From NCBI GenBank assembly GCA_964572155.1, contig CAZNDZ010000001.1:718290-782289 (forward strand): a DNA stretch of 64,000 bases. Direction: 5' to 3'. A model generated the notes under the pieces. The model was not told the origin of the DNA and did not search any database. It saw nothing but the letters and a program-made list of their open reading frames with translations. This DNA is from an uncultured Planctomycetales bacterium (GTDB taxonomy: Bacteria; Omnitrophota; Gorgyraeia; Zapsychrales; Fredricksoniimonadaceae). A program made the translations under genes and the position numbers. Below are positions 26,585-36,048 of the stretch, one piece after another (positions within the stretch are counted from its first letter, which is position 1; every line of letters starts with the position of its first letter).

Positions 26585-27922
26585 ATGAACCCATATATTA
26601 TCAATACAAAAGACGATGTGGCAGCTATGCTGTCGACGATCGGTGTTAAAAACATCGATGGTTTATTCTTGGACATTAAACCAGAACATCGCCCGAAGTC
26701 ATTTAATCTGCCCGCAGGTTTAAGCGAGTACGAGGTCATGCGTAAAGTCACGGCCATGTCGCTTAAGAACAATGTGGCGTTAGTGCCATTTATCGGCGGT
26801 GGATACTACGATCATTACATCCCAACGGCGGTGTCGTCGATCACGTCTCGAGGAGAATTCTACACCGCCTATACGCCCTATCAGCCCGAATGTGCCCAAG
26901 GAACCTTGCAGGCTTTGTTTGAATATCAAAGTTCCATGTGCGCGTTGACGGGTATGGAAGTATCAAATGCGTCGTTGTACGACGGTGGGACCGCGTTATA
27001 CGAAGCCATGATGATGGCCATTCGCATCACCGGCCGTGAGAAAATTGTCATGGATGGCGGGGTAAGCCCCATTTATCGCAAGATTTTAAAGACCTATACG
27101 CATCATTTGCATTATCAATTCTTGGAAACACCCGTCGTGCATGGCCAAAGTAGCCGTGAAGAAATTTTTAAGCTCTTAGACGATGGTGTTGCTGCGGTGA
27201 TTTTACAAACGCCAAATTTCTTTGGTGCCATTGACGATTTTACCGACATCATTAACAAAGCCCATGAAAAAGGTGCGCTTGCGATCGTGAGTGTTTATCC
27301 CATTTCTTTAGGTTTAGTTAAAACCCCAGGCAGCATGGGTGCGGATATTGTCGTCGGTGAAGGTCAATCCTTAGGGTTGCCACTCAATTTCGGCGGGCCT
27401 TATTTAGGGTTCATGACCGCACGTAAGAAATATGTGCGCAAGATGCCTGGGCGTTTGGTGGGTGAGACGGTTGATAAGCAAGGCCGACGCTGTTTTGTAA
27501 ATACCTTACAAGCCCGCGAACAGCATATCCGTCGAGAAAAAGCCACATCAAATATTTGTACCAATGTTTCCTTATGCGCCCTTCAAGCCGCTGTGTTTAT
27601 GTCCATGATCGGCAAGGGTGGCTTTAAAGAACTTGCGCAATTGAATTTAGATAAGGCTGAATATGCGAAAAGTGTTTTAAGTAAGATCAAAGGGGTTGAA
27701 GTCAAACGCAGCGCCCCAACATTTAATGAATTTACCGTGCTGTTGCCTAAGGATGCGTCGGTGGTTGCCGGTGATATGATTAAAAAAGGTTTTGCCGCAG
27801 GATTTCCATTGGGCCGATATTACCCAGGCATGGAGAAATATTTATTAGTCGCTGTCACCGAGAAACGCACCAAGACTGAGATTGATCAATTTGCCAATGC
27901 ATTAGCTGAGGTATTGAAATAA
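26585..27922 (+). CDS. gcvPA: Glycine dehydrogenase (decarboxylating) subunit 1.
   Basis: It is the N-terminal half of a split P protein, 445 aa. Confidence 0.85.
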   Translation: MNPYIINTKDDVAAMLSTIGVKNIDGLFLDIKPEHRPKSFNLPAGLSEYEVMRKVTAMSLKNNVALVPFIGGGYYDHYIPTAVSSITSRGEFYTAYTPYQPECAQGTLQALFEYQSSMCALTGMEVSNASLYDGGTALYEAMMMAIRITGREKIVMDGGVSPIYRKILKTYTHHLHYQFLETPVVHGQSSREEIFKLLDDGVAAVILQTPNFFGAIDDFTDIINKAHEKGALAIVSVYPISLGLVKTPGSMGADIVVGEGQSLGLPLNFGGPYLGFMTARKKYVRKMPGRLVGETVDKQGRRCFVNTLQAREQHIRREKATSNICTNVSLCALQAAVFMSMIGKGGFKELAQLNLDKAEYAKSVLSKIKGVEVKRSAPTFNEFTVLLPKDASVVAGDMIKKGFAAGFPLGRYYPGMEKYLLVAVTEKRTKTEIDQFANALAEVLK

Positions 27923-29388
27923 TGGAACTTATTTTTGAAAAAAGCATAAAAAATCGCCGGGGTTTTCGTTATCCTGACTCTGACGTTGGGGTCAAGGCAA
28001 GCATTCCTGCCAAATATGCCCGCAGCGAAGATGCGCCCTTAGCTGAAGTTTCTGAACTCGATGCTGTGCGTCACTATACCCATTTGTCACAAAAGAATTT
28101 TTCAATCGATACCCATTTTTATCCCTTGGGTTCTTGCACCATGAAATATAACCCTAAGTTCACCGAGGCTCTGGCGCGGTTGGCTGGGTTTAGTGATTTG
28201 CATCCATTATTACCGCAACTCGCCGGTGGTGAAACGTTAACACAAGGCGCATTAGAAGTTTTATATGAAATTGAACAATGGATGTGTGAGATGACAGGGT
28301 TTTCTAATTTCACATTGCAACCATTGGCTGGCGCGCATGGAGAATTAACCGGTATCATGCTCATGGCCGCATATCATAAAGCCAAAGGTAACACGAACAA
28401 GAAATATGTGATCATCCCTGATTCCGCGCATGGCACCAATCCCGCAAGTGCTGCGATTGCAGGTTATGAAACCATTGCTATCCCGTCGAATAAAGACGGT
28501 GGCATGGACATTGAAGCATTAAAGAAAGCCATCACACCTGATGTTGCGGGTTTGATGATGACGGTGCCTAGCACCTATGGTTTATTTGAATCAAATATCA
28601 CGGAAATTTCTAAGCTCATTCATTCCGTTGATGGCATCATGTATTATGACGGTGCCAATTTAAATGCCGTCTTAGGCAAATGTCGCCCAGGCGACGTAGG
28701 CTTTGATGTCATGCACATCAATACCCATAAAACATTCACAACCCCGCACGGCGGTGGCGGCCCAGGTTCTGGTCCAGTAGGTGTGAATGAAAAATTAGCC
28801 AAATTTTTACCTATCTCACGCGTCATTAAAAGAGCGGATGGAACATTTGCACTAAATTATGATTACCCAGATTCTATCGGCTACATTGCGAGCTTTTATG
28901 GCAACTTTGCCATTTTATTGCGTGCTTATGCCTATATGTTGATGTTGGGCCGTCAAGGTTTGATCGATACAACCGAACATGCAGTTTTAAATGCCAACTA
29001 TATTGCTGCCCGATTAAAGAATACCTACAAATTATGCTTTGATAGCGTGTGCATGCATGAAAGTGTGTTTTCCGCAGCCAATCAAGCCGCACGTGGCGTG
29101 CATGCCATTGATATTGCCAAATTCTTAATTGATCAGCAAATTCATCCACCAACGGTATATTTCCCGATTAGCGTGCCAGAAGCCATCATGATTGAGCCAA
29201 CAGAAACAGAATCCAAGCAAGTCATGGATGATTTCATTGATAAAATGCTCAAAGCCGATGAATTATCCAAAACAAACCCCGAAATCTTCAAAGATTTTCC
29301 AAAAACCATGCCGATCAGCCGTCCTGATGAAACCAAGGCTGCGCGGGATGTTAAAACCAGCTACTTTTTATCCACGGATGCAGCTTAA
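27922..29388 (+). CDS. gcvPB: Glycine dehydrogenase (decarboxylating) subunit 2.
   Basis: It is the PLP-binding half of the P protein. The motif HINTHKTFTTPHGGGGPG is present. Confidence 0.85.
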   Translation: MELIFEKSIKNRRGFRYPDSDVGVKASIPAKYARSEDAPLAEVSELDAVRHYTHLSQKNFSIDTHFYPLGSCTMKYNPKFTEALARLAGFSDLHPLLPQLAGGETLTQGALEVLYEIEQWMCEMTGFSNFTLQPLAGAHGELTGIMLMAAYHKAKGNTNKKYVIIPDSAHGTNPASAAIAGYETIAIPSNKDGGMDIEALKKAITPDVAGLMMTVPSTYGLFESNITEISKLIHSVDGIMYYDGANLNAVLGKCRPGDVGFDVMHINTHKTFTTPHGGGGPGSGPVGVNEKLAKFLPISRVIKRADGTFALNYDYPDSIGYIASFYGNFAILLRAYAYMLMLGRQGLIDTTEHAVLNANYIAARLKNTYKLCFDSVCMHESVFSAANQAARGVHAIDIAKFLIDQQIHPPTVYFPISVPEAIMIEPTETESKQVMDDFIDKMLKADELSKTNPEIFKDFPKTMPISRPDETKAARDVKTSYFLSTDAA

Positions 29389-30073
29389 AATCCATTCGTT
29401 CTCGACTTTAGCGCAAAATGTGCATTTTGATGATGTTTTGTTCCAGTTAGCTGTTAAACATGGTGCTGGAGAATATTTGCGCTTTTGGGAATCGCCAACC
29501 TATGGCGTTGTGCTTGGCCGCATTGGTAAAGTTGAAGATGATGTTGATTTAAGCGCAACCACTAAAGATAGCATTCCTGTTATACACCGCGCCTCAGGCG
29601 GCGGCACCGTCGTGCAAGGCCCAGGGTGTTTGAATTATTGCCTTATCCTTTCTAAACAAAAATACCCTGTTTTAAACGACTTACGTCAATCTTACCAGTG
29701 GATTAGTGAAAAAGTTTTGGGTGCGCTTAAACAACAAGGCATAGAAGCCGTGTTTTGCCCAATTTCTGATCTAGCGCTAGTATCCAATCAAAAGAAGTTT
29801 TCTGGCAATGCCCAACGCCGCACCAAAGATTATGTCTTACACCACGGCACAATTCTGTATCAATTTGATCTTAATATGATTTTTAAATACCTAAAAATGC
29901 CCAAAGATATGCCAGAATATCGTAACGCACGTGATCATAAGGACTTTGTCACCAATATATATATAATTGTACCCGCCTTCCAACAAGCATTAGCTGAAGC
30001 TTTTGGTGCCCCCCAAGTTGCGCAACCACTTACATCGCAAGAGATTTCATCTTTAGAAAAATATAATATTTGA
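29378..30073 (+). CDS. Lipoate-protein ligase / octanoyltransferase-like (BPL/LPL catalytic domain).
   Basis: LplA/LipM-like motifs are present: RASGGGTVVQGPG and KFSGNAQRR. I chose the ATG at 29378, which overlaps the gcvPB stop by 11 nt. The longer in-frame ORF from 29192 lies inside gcvPB. Confidence 0.65.
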   Translation: MQLKIHSFSTLAQNVHFDDVLFQLAVKHGAGEYLRFWESPTYGVVLGRIGKVEDDVDLSATTKDSIPVIHRASGGGTVVQGPGCLNYCLILSKQKYPVLNDLRQSYQWISEKVLGALKQQGIEAVFCPISDLALVSNQKKFSGNAQRRTKDYVLHHGTILYQFDLNMIFKYLKMPKDMPEYRNARDHKDFVTNIYIIVPAFQQALAEAFGAPQVAQPLTSQEISSLEKYNI

Positions 30074-30083
30074 TTTTATTATT

Positions 30084-31328
30084 TTGATTTTTTCTGGTAA
30101 CATGATTTTTATGTTGGTCAGATTAATCTTACTTTTATTGTTTTTTTCTATGACGCCCCAAGTATTTGCAAAAAATACCCCCAAAGATTATCAAGAATAC
30201 GTTAAATATTTCGAAAAAGTCTATCAAATCTTTGAAGATAATTATTATCAGGAACCAAACCCTAAGGCGTATAACGATTTTTTAGAAAAGTTCCGCACCA
30301 AGATATATGCGCAGCTCAAAGGGGAAGGTAAGAGCAATGATTATGTCAAATGGCGTTCTGCGTGGTTCTTAGTTGAAGATTTAAAAACCAATGAAGATCG
30401 TTTTTCCCAATTTTATCCTCCAAAGCCCGCAGAAAAGTTTCAGAAAGAGGCCTTGGGCCAGCGTGTGGACTTAGGGATTGAAGGTAAGAAGGTGGATGCA
30501 GGTTTCTTGGTGACCCAAATAGAACCACGGTCTGATGCATATGAAAAGGGTATGCGTGAAGATGATATTTTAGTTCAATTAGACCAAAAGAATTTAAAAG
30601 ATTTGCCTCAAGAAGAAATAGAAAAAGAATTATCTCCTTTGATCAATTCCAAAGTTAAGATTACGTATTTAACTGCAGCAGATAAACAAGCCAAGGACAT
30701 AGAGGTTGTTAGCAAAGAATATTTTAAACAAACTATTTTTCTAAGACCCGTTGAAGTACCAGGTGTTTTTTGTTTAGAAATTCCTAAATTCAATCGTACG
30801 TCTGGTGAAGATTTATATCGCTTCTTAAAACTCATTTCACAATATCAACCACGGGGTTTAGTGATAGATCTACGAGGTAATCCTGGAGGGCCACCATTAG
30901 CTGCGCGTGAAATGGCAGGGTTCTTCTTAAAAGGTGGCGAAGAATTTACACATTTTCAAAAACGTGGCATTCCGCCGGATGCGTTAGATGTTCCCGTTTA
31001 TGATGATGCGGTTAAATTTAATGCACCCATTGCTATTTTAGTCAATAAGGATAGTGGCAGTGCATCAGAATTATTTTCAGGTGTGATGCAATTTCGCAAA
31101 CGTGCGATTGTGATCGGAGAAAATACTGCCGGTCAAATGTTATTAAAGAGCATGTTCCCTATGGATGATGGTTCGATGATTGGTCTTGTCACGGCACCAG
31201 GGTATTTACCCGACGGAACACGCTTTAGTTTTAACGGTGTCACCCCAGATCAAGTGATCACAGATGCACCCAAAGAAGGTTTGATCAATTTAGCGGCAAC
31301 CATTTTAGTATTAAAAGGGAATAAGTAA
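30084..31328 (+). CDS. S41-family C-terminal processing peptidase (Ctp-like) with a signal peptide.
   Basis: The S41 motif VIDLRGNPGGP is present, with a PDZ-like region upstream. It has an N-terminal hydrophobic signal. Confidence 0.7.
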   Translation: MIFSGNMIFMLVRLILLLLFFSMTPQVFAKNTPKDYQEYVKYFEKVYQIFEDNYYQEPNPKAYNDFLEKFRTKIYAQLKGEGKSNDYVKWRSAWFLVEDLKTNEDRFSQFYPPKPAEKFQKEALGQRVDLGIEGKKVDAGFLVTQIEPRSDAYEKGMREDDILVQLDQKNLKDLPQEEIEKELSPLINSKVKITYLTAADKQAKDIEVVSKEYFKQTIFLRPVEVPGVFCLEIPKFNRTSGEDLYRFLKLISQYQPRGLVIDLRGNPGGPPLAAREMAGFFLKGGEEFTHFQKRGIPPDALDVPVYDDAVKFNAPIAILVNKDSGSASELFSGVMQFRKRAIVIGENTAGQMLLKSMFPMDDGSMIGLVTAPGYLPDGTRFSFNGVTPDQVITDAPKEGLINLAATILVLKGNK

Positions 31329-31331
31329 TCT

Positions 31332-31673
31332 ATGGGATTTGTCATCATCTTCATTGTGGTGCAGGTCATTGTTGCGGGCATCGTTGTTGTAGTTTTAAAC
31401 AATAAGCTTAAGAAAGAATTAATCGAAGCTGCATTAGAAAATCTGCATAGCAATATCACGTCGCAAACACAGGGAGAAATTCGGATCATCAGCGCGCATG
31501 AACTTGATCCACAATTGCAAGCACGCATTATTGGTATTGTAAAACGCAAAACATCTGCAGCGACGGTTGTTTTTTCTTTAGATCAGGGTATCAAAAGTGG
31601 CTTGATCATTCATGCAGATACGTTGGTGTTAGATTTTAGTTTGGCAAATCGTTTGAAAGCGTTAACGACATGA
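31332..31673 (+). CDS. Small membrane-anchored protein of unknown function.
   Basis: It has one N-terminal TM helix (VIIFIVVQVIVAGIVVVVL). It is 113 aa and is translationally coupled to the downstream GT2 gene. Confidence 0.4.
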   Translation: MGFVIIFIVVQVIVAGIVVVVLNNKLKKELIEAALENLHSNITSQTQGEIRIISAHELDPQLQARIIGIVKRKTSAATVVFSLDQGIKSGLIIHADTLVLDFSLANRLKALTT

Positions 31674-32386
31674 CAAAAATTTTGATCATTGTGCCTGCAT
31701 ATAATGAAGCAGGCAATGTGGGCAATGCGATTGACCAGATCCGCAAATCTTCTATTGCATGTGATGTTTTAGTCGTCGATGATGGCTCGATAGATACAAC
31801 AGCGCAAGAAGCTAAAGATCATGGGGCGATTGTATTAAGCCTTCCATTTAACTTAGGTATCGGTGGTGCGGTTCAAACTGGTTTTAAATATGCCCGCGCC
31901 CATGGCTATGATATTGCTGTTCAGATCGACGGAGATGGTCAACATGACCCTGCATATTTAGCAGCTTTGATCTTACCGATTGAAGAACATAAGGCAGACC
32001 TAGTCATAGGTAGTCGATTTTTAGTGCCTTCAGATGGATTTAAATCGACTTTTACGCGCCGCGTCGGGATTTCATTCTTTGTGTATTTGATCAATGTATT
32101 AACGGGTACGCGCATCACTGATCCCACGTCGGGATTCAGAGCACAAAACAAGAAAATGATCGATGCCTTCGCAACATATTATCCACATGATTTTCCAGAA
32201 CCTGAAGCAGTGGTCGTTGCACAACGTGCGCATGCGGTGATTCAAGAGATCCCAGTTGTGATGCGTGCGCGCCAAGGAGGCAGTAGTTCCATTGGAAGTT
32301 TGAAAAGTGTTTACTATATGTTAAAAGTCACGGTGGCAATTTTATTACACATGATTCGTCGACGTGATAATGCGGGGCAAATATGA
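31670..32386 (+). CDS. GT2 glycosyltransferase, polyprenyl-phosphate sugar synthase-like (Dpm1/GtrB/ArnC-like).
   Basis: The N-terminal GT-A motifs are ILIIVPAYNEAGNV and VLVVDDGSIDTT. It is 238 aa and soluble. Confidence 0.7.
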   Translation: MTKILIIVPAYNEAGNVGNAIDQIRKSSIACDVLVVDDGSIDTTAQEAKDHGAIVLSLPFNLGIGGAVQTGFKYARAHGYDIAVQIDGDGQHDPAYLAALILPIEEHKADLVIGSRFLVPSDGFKSTFTRRVGISFFVYLINVLTGTRITDPTSGFRAQNKKMIDAFATYYPHDFPEPEAVVVAQRAHAVIQEIPVVMRARQGGSSSIGSLKSVYYMLKVTVAILLHMIRRRDNAGQI

Positions 32387-32736
32387 GCATAAAACTCTTA
32401 GCGATTGCTATCTCATCTATTTTATTTTTATATGTATTGGATCTAGTCCGTCGACATAAGTTAACTTTTAAATATGCATTAGCATGGTTATTTGTTTCTG
32501 CAGCAGCAGTGGTGTTGGCCATCTTTCATAAATTTCTTTTTGCCGTCGCAGCATATTTAGGTTTTGAATTGCCCAGTAATTTTATTTTCTTCACGCTGAT
32601 GTGTGTGTTTGTTATTTTAAGTTTATTGCTGACTGTTTTTTTGTGTCAGCAGAATGAACGTAATAATTGCATGGCCCAAAAGATCGCCATCTTAGAATCT
32701 GAAATAGCGGATATTAAAAAGAAAAAATCACCGTGA
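32383..32736 (+). CDS. Small four-helix membrane protein, a partner commonly found next to Dpm1-like GT2s (DUF2304/GtrA-like).
   Basis: It is 117 aa with three or four TM helices. It sits between two GT2 genes with overlapping stop and start codons. Confidence 0.4.
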   Translation: MSIKLLAIAISSILFLYVLDLVRRHKLTFKYALAWLFVSAAAVVLAIFHKFLFAVAAYLGFELPSNFIFFTLMCVFVILSLLLTVFLCQQNERNNCMAQKIAILESEIADIKKKKSP

Positions 32737-33719
32737 TCGCAAGTGTTATCATCCCTGCATACAATGCCTCAGCCACCATTGATCAAACTTTACGTGCGCT
32801 AGGTGCCCAAGATTTTAAACAGCCTTTTGAAGTTATTGTTGTCAATGATGGTTCAACAGATCAAACAGCCCGCATTATCGCAAAACATCCTCACGTTACA
32901 TTGATCAACCAGAAAAACGCCGGGCCCGCATGTGCGCGTAATACAGGGGCAAGTCACGCTAAAGGCGAGTTTCTATGCTTTACGGACTCAGATTGTATCC
33001 CACATCCGGATTGGATATCGTTGCTCATCAATGGTTTTCGTGATGAATCTGTTGCTGCTGTCTGTGGCAGCTATGGTATTGCCAATAACAATAGCCTTTT
33101 AGCCCGTGGTATTCACGCAGAAATCATCTACCGACATAGCCATTTAGTGCCAGATTTTCCTAAAGTCTTTGGCAGTTATAACTTTTGTATCAGAAAGTCG
33201 GTTTTCGATCATTTGGGTGGTTTTGATACAAAGTACCGGAATGCCAGTGGGGAAGATAACGATTTAAGCTATCGCGTGAACCGCTTGGATAAGAAAATCT
33301 ACTTTGAACGCAAAGCCTTGGTAGATCACTATCATACAACGCAGGTTGTTAAATACCTTAAAGAGCAGTTTCGTCATGGCTTTTGGCGCACCGCCATGTA
33401 TGCCGATCATCCGCAAATGGTTAAGGGAGATAGTTATACGTTTTGGAAAGACATGGTGGAGGTGCCCATTAGCGCATTAGTTGTGTTGTGTTTAATGTTA
33501 GTCATTGTTGGCTTCATGACAATAAATTCTTTTATATATTTTTTAATCTTTCCGTTTTTGATTTTCGAAATAATATTTTCATTGATCATGATGAAAAATA
33601 AATTCGAAAGTTTTTATTACGGTTTTATTATTTTTTTTCGCGCCTTCGCGCGCACTTTTGGTTTGTCGACGGGGATTTTATATTTTTTCTGTACAAAAAT
33701 AAAAAAAAATTTTAAATAA
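32733..33719 (+). CDS. GT2 glycosyltransferase with a C-terminal membrane anchor.
   Basis: The motifs VIIPAYNASATIDQTL and VIVVNDGSTDQT are present. Two or three C-terminal TM helices follow. Confidence 0.7.
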   Translation: MIASVIIPAYNASATIDQTLRALGAQDFKQPFEVIVVNDGSTDQTARIIAKHPHVTLINQKNAGPACARNTGASHAKGEFLCFTDSDCIPHPDWISLLINGFRDESVAAVCGSYGIANNNSLLARGIHAEIIYRHSHLVPDFPKVFGSYNFCIRKSVFDHLGGFDTKYRNASGEDNDLSYRVNRLDKKIYFERKALVDHYHTTQVVKYLKEQFRHGFWRTAMYADHPQMVKGDSYTFWKDMVEVPISALVVLCLMLVIVGFMTINSFIYFLIFPFLIFEIIFSLIMMKNKFESFYYGFIIFFRAFARTFGLSTGILYFFCTKIKKNFK

Positions 33720-33722
33720 AGG

Positions 33723-33750
33723 TTGAAACACCTTTCATAAATGATATTAT
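33723..33750 (+). promoter_or_regulatory. Candidate promoter of the secretin operon: TTGAAA-N16-TATTAT.
   Basis: It lies in the 83-nt intergenic region before the 33803 gene. Confidence 0.3.
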
Positions 33751-33802
33751 GAGAATGTTATTTTAATTAAATTGTAACGAATTGTGTTTAATGAGGTTAA
33801 CT

Positions 33803-34399
33803 ATGGCCAAAGAATCCGCAGAAGAAAAGTTGCTAAAGATGATGCAGAAGTCAGGTGCTCCTGTTGCCGCTTCAACTGCGTCACCTGTTGCGGCAGCAAA
33901 AAAATCTGGGCCAAAGTTTGATTTCAATTTTACAATCGGACACTTAAATCAAATTTTATTTATTGGTATTGTTGCATGCATCATTGGTTTAGTTTATGAA
34001 ATGCGTAGTGGCATGCAATTGATTGGTACCAATGTTGATTTAGAGGGTGATGTTAAATTGTCTCGTTCTGTTATGGATATCGCAATGCCCACCAATAACG
34101 ATGTTAAGTTTTATACCGATAAAATTAATACCAGAAATATCTTTCGTCCTTACGAAGCGCCGACGGCTAAAGCGGCGGTTAAGTATAACTTAGCCAAGCG
34201 TTTGTCAAAATTCAAATTGGTTGGTGTAGCATGGCTTGATCTTCCAGAAACAGCGTCGATCATGATCGAAGATACAGCAAATAAAACAACGTTTTTCTTG
34301 AAACAAGGTGAACAATTAGAAGGCGTGACCGTCAAGACCATCTATACGGATAGAGTGGTTTTCGGTGACGAAAATGAGGAGACGACAATTAAGCTATGA
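33803..34399 (+). CDS. Bitopic inner-membrane protein upstream of the secretin, a candidate secretin-interacting component (GspC/PilP-like).
   Basis: The ATG at 33803 has GAGG 6 nt upstream. It has a cytoplasmic N-terminus, one TM helix (ILFIGIVACIIGLVY) and a ~130-aa periplasmic beta-rich domain. The functional call is positional only. Confidence 0.35.
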   Translation: MAKESAEEKLLKMMQKSGAPVAASTASPVAAAKKSGPKFDFNFTIGHLNQILFIGIVACIIGLVYEMRSGMQLIGTNVDLEGDVKLSRSVMDIAMPTNNDVKFYTDKINTRNIFRPYEAPTAKAAVKYNLAKRLSKFKLVGVAWLDLPETASIMIEDTANKTTFFLKQGEQLEGVTVKTIYTDRVVFGDENEETTIKL

Positions 34400-36036
34400 T
34401 TACCCACATCCTAAAACCCAAAGTCTTCTTTTTCATTCTGGCAGGGATGGTTTTGTCCGCGGTTGCCTTGGGCACCGTACGCGCTCAGAATGAACAAGAA
34501 TCAGTCGCCATCGCTGCCGATGATAATGCCGGCGCCGAGCTTCCAAAGCCAATCATTTTAACGGAACCCAAAGAACCGTTAGCCGAGCGTTTATTGCGCA
34601 AAATCACGCTTGATGTGCGCGACATGAATGTCGTCGATGTTATCAAGTTCTTGGCGCAAAAAGGGGAATTCAATGTGATTGTTTCCCCAACCGTTGATGG
34701 CCGCACCACGGTTTTATTACATGGCGTAGGCATCAAAGATGCGCTTGATATCGTTGTTATTTCCAATCGTTTGGCATATCACATTGAAAATGACATCATC
34801 CAAATTATGTCTGGTGCAGAATATGAAGCGATGTATGGTAAAGGGTTTGGCGATAAAACCGAAGTTGCGATCATTCACTTACAATATTCCAAACCAAGCT
34901 ATGTTTTAGCTGCGTTAGATAACATGAAAAGTAATATCGGTAAAATCATCATTGATGAAGATACCGGTTCTGTTGTTTTAGTAGATACGCCTTCTTCTAT
35001 AGCATTAATGAAGAAAGCTATTAGCCAAATCGAACAACCACTTGATACATTAGTTTACGATTTAAAATATGCTAAGGCAGATGTTGTTGCTGAAAAATTA
35101 CGTTCCCGTATTGATGCTAAAGCAGTTGGTTCAGTTACATCCGACGAGAGAACCAATCAAGTCTTAGTGCGCGTTTTTCCTGGACGTACAGATGAAGTTA
35201 AAAAATTAATCGATCAGCTAGATGAGCCTACCAAGGAAGTCTTGATTGAAGCGCGTGTTTTGCAAGTCATCTTGAAACCAAATTTTGATACTGGGATTGA
35301 TTGGACTGCGATCTTTAGCAAGAATGGAAAAGAAAAATTCAACATCAAGAGTATTTTAGAAAATTCAAATACTGATTCATCATTTGGTCAAATTGGTGTT
35401 GGCACAATTAATGCTGGAGATTTTGCAACTCAAATTAAGGCGTTGCAACAAGTCAGTGATACAAAAATCTTATCAACGCCTCAAATTTTAGTTACTAATA
35501 ATGATGAAGCCAATATCCATATTGGTGATACTGTTCCCTATATAGTATCAACAACCAATGGTACAGGTGACAATGCTATTAAAAGTGAAGACGTTCGTTT
35601 CATTGATGTAGGTTTGAAATTAAAAGTTATTCCTACCATCAATGACGATGGCATGGTGACCATGCGTCTAAAACCAGAAATCTCGTCGGTAGTTGCACGT
35701 GTTAGTTCGCAATCTGGCGGTATCCCACAAGTAAATAAAACAGAAGTTGAAACATCCGTTATGGTGCAAGATGGCATGACCATTGTCATGGCTGGTTTAC
35801 GCAAAGAAGATAAAACCCATACCAAAAAAGGTGTACCAGGCCTCATGAATGTTCCTTATTTAGGGAATTTATTTGGCAGCACGTCAGATTCAATCACCTC
35901 AACTGAAATTGTTATCTTAATTACGCCTCATATTGTCAAGGGAACGGATGATTTCAATAAGGTTAATGGCACTATTAAACCATCAAAGAAATACGATCCA
36001 AGTGTTCAAATGAAAGAACCGGCCGCGAAAAAATAA
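34396..36036 (+). CDS. Secretin (GspD/PilQ/RcpA superfamily outer-membrane channel).
   Basis: It has a signal peptide. An N0-like domain is present (ITLDVRDMNVVDVIKFLAQKGEFNVIV). The C-terminal secretin domain ends with the canonical VPGLMNVPYLGNLFGS...IVILITPHIV. Confidence 0.85.
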   Translation: MITHILKPKVFFFILAGMVLSAVALGTVRAQNEQESVAIAADDNAGAELPKPIILTEPKEPLAERLLRKITLDVRDMNVVDVIKFLAQKGEFNVIVSPTVDGRTTVLLHGVGIKDALDIVVISNRLAYHIENDIIQIMSGAEYEAMYGKGFGDKTEVAIIHLQYSKPSYVLAALDNMKSNIGKIIIDEDTGSVVLVDTPSSIALMKKAISQIEQPLDTLVYDLKYAKADVVAEKLRSRIDAKAVGSVTSDERTNQVLVRVFPGRTDEVKKLIDQLDEPTKEVLIEARVLQVILKPNFDTGIDWTAIFSKNGKEKFNIKSILENSNTDSSFGQIGVGTINAGDFATQIKALQQVSDTKILSTPQILVTNNDEANIHIGDTVPYIVSTTNGTGDNAIKSEDVRFIDVGLKLKVIPTINDDGMVTMRLKPEISSVVARVSSQSGGIPQVNKTEVETSVMVQDGMTIVMAGLRKEDKTHTKKGVPGLMNVPYLGNLFGSTSDSITSTEIVILITPHIVKGTDDFNKVNGTIKPSKKYDPSVQMKEPAAKK

Positions 36037-36048
36037 CGGCCTCAACGT

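Noticed and set aside
29192-29377. Longer N-terminal extension of the lipoyl-ligase-like ORF, from the 29192 start in the track
   Set aside because: It lies entirely inside the gcvPB coding region in another frame. The ATG at 29378, abutting the gcvPB stop, gives the conserved domain start.
36019-36041. Possible terminator hairpin at the end of the secretin gene (GGCCG..CGGCC)
   Set aside because: The stem is only 5 bp with an 11-nt loop. It spans the stop codon and has no following T-tract. The next gene is closely coupled, so read-through is expected.
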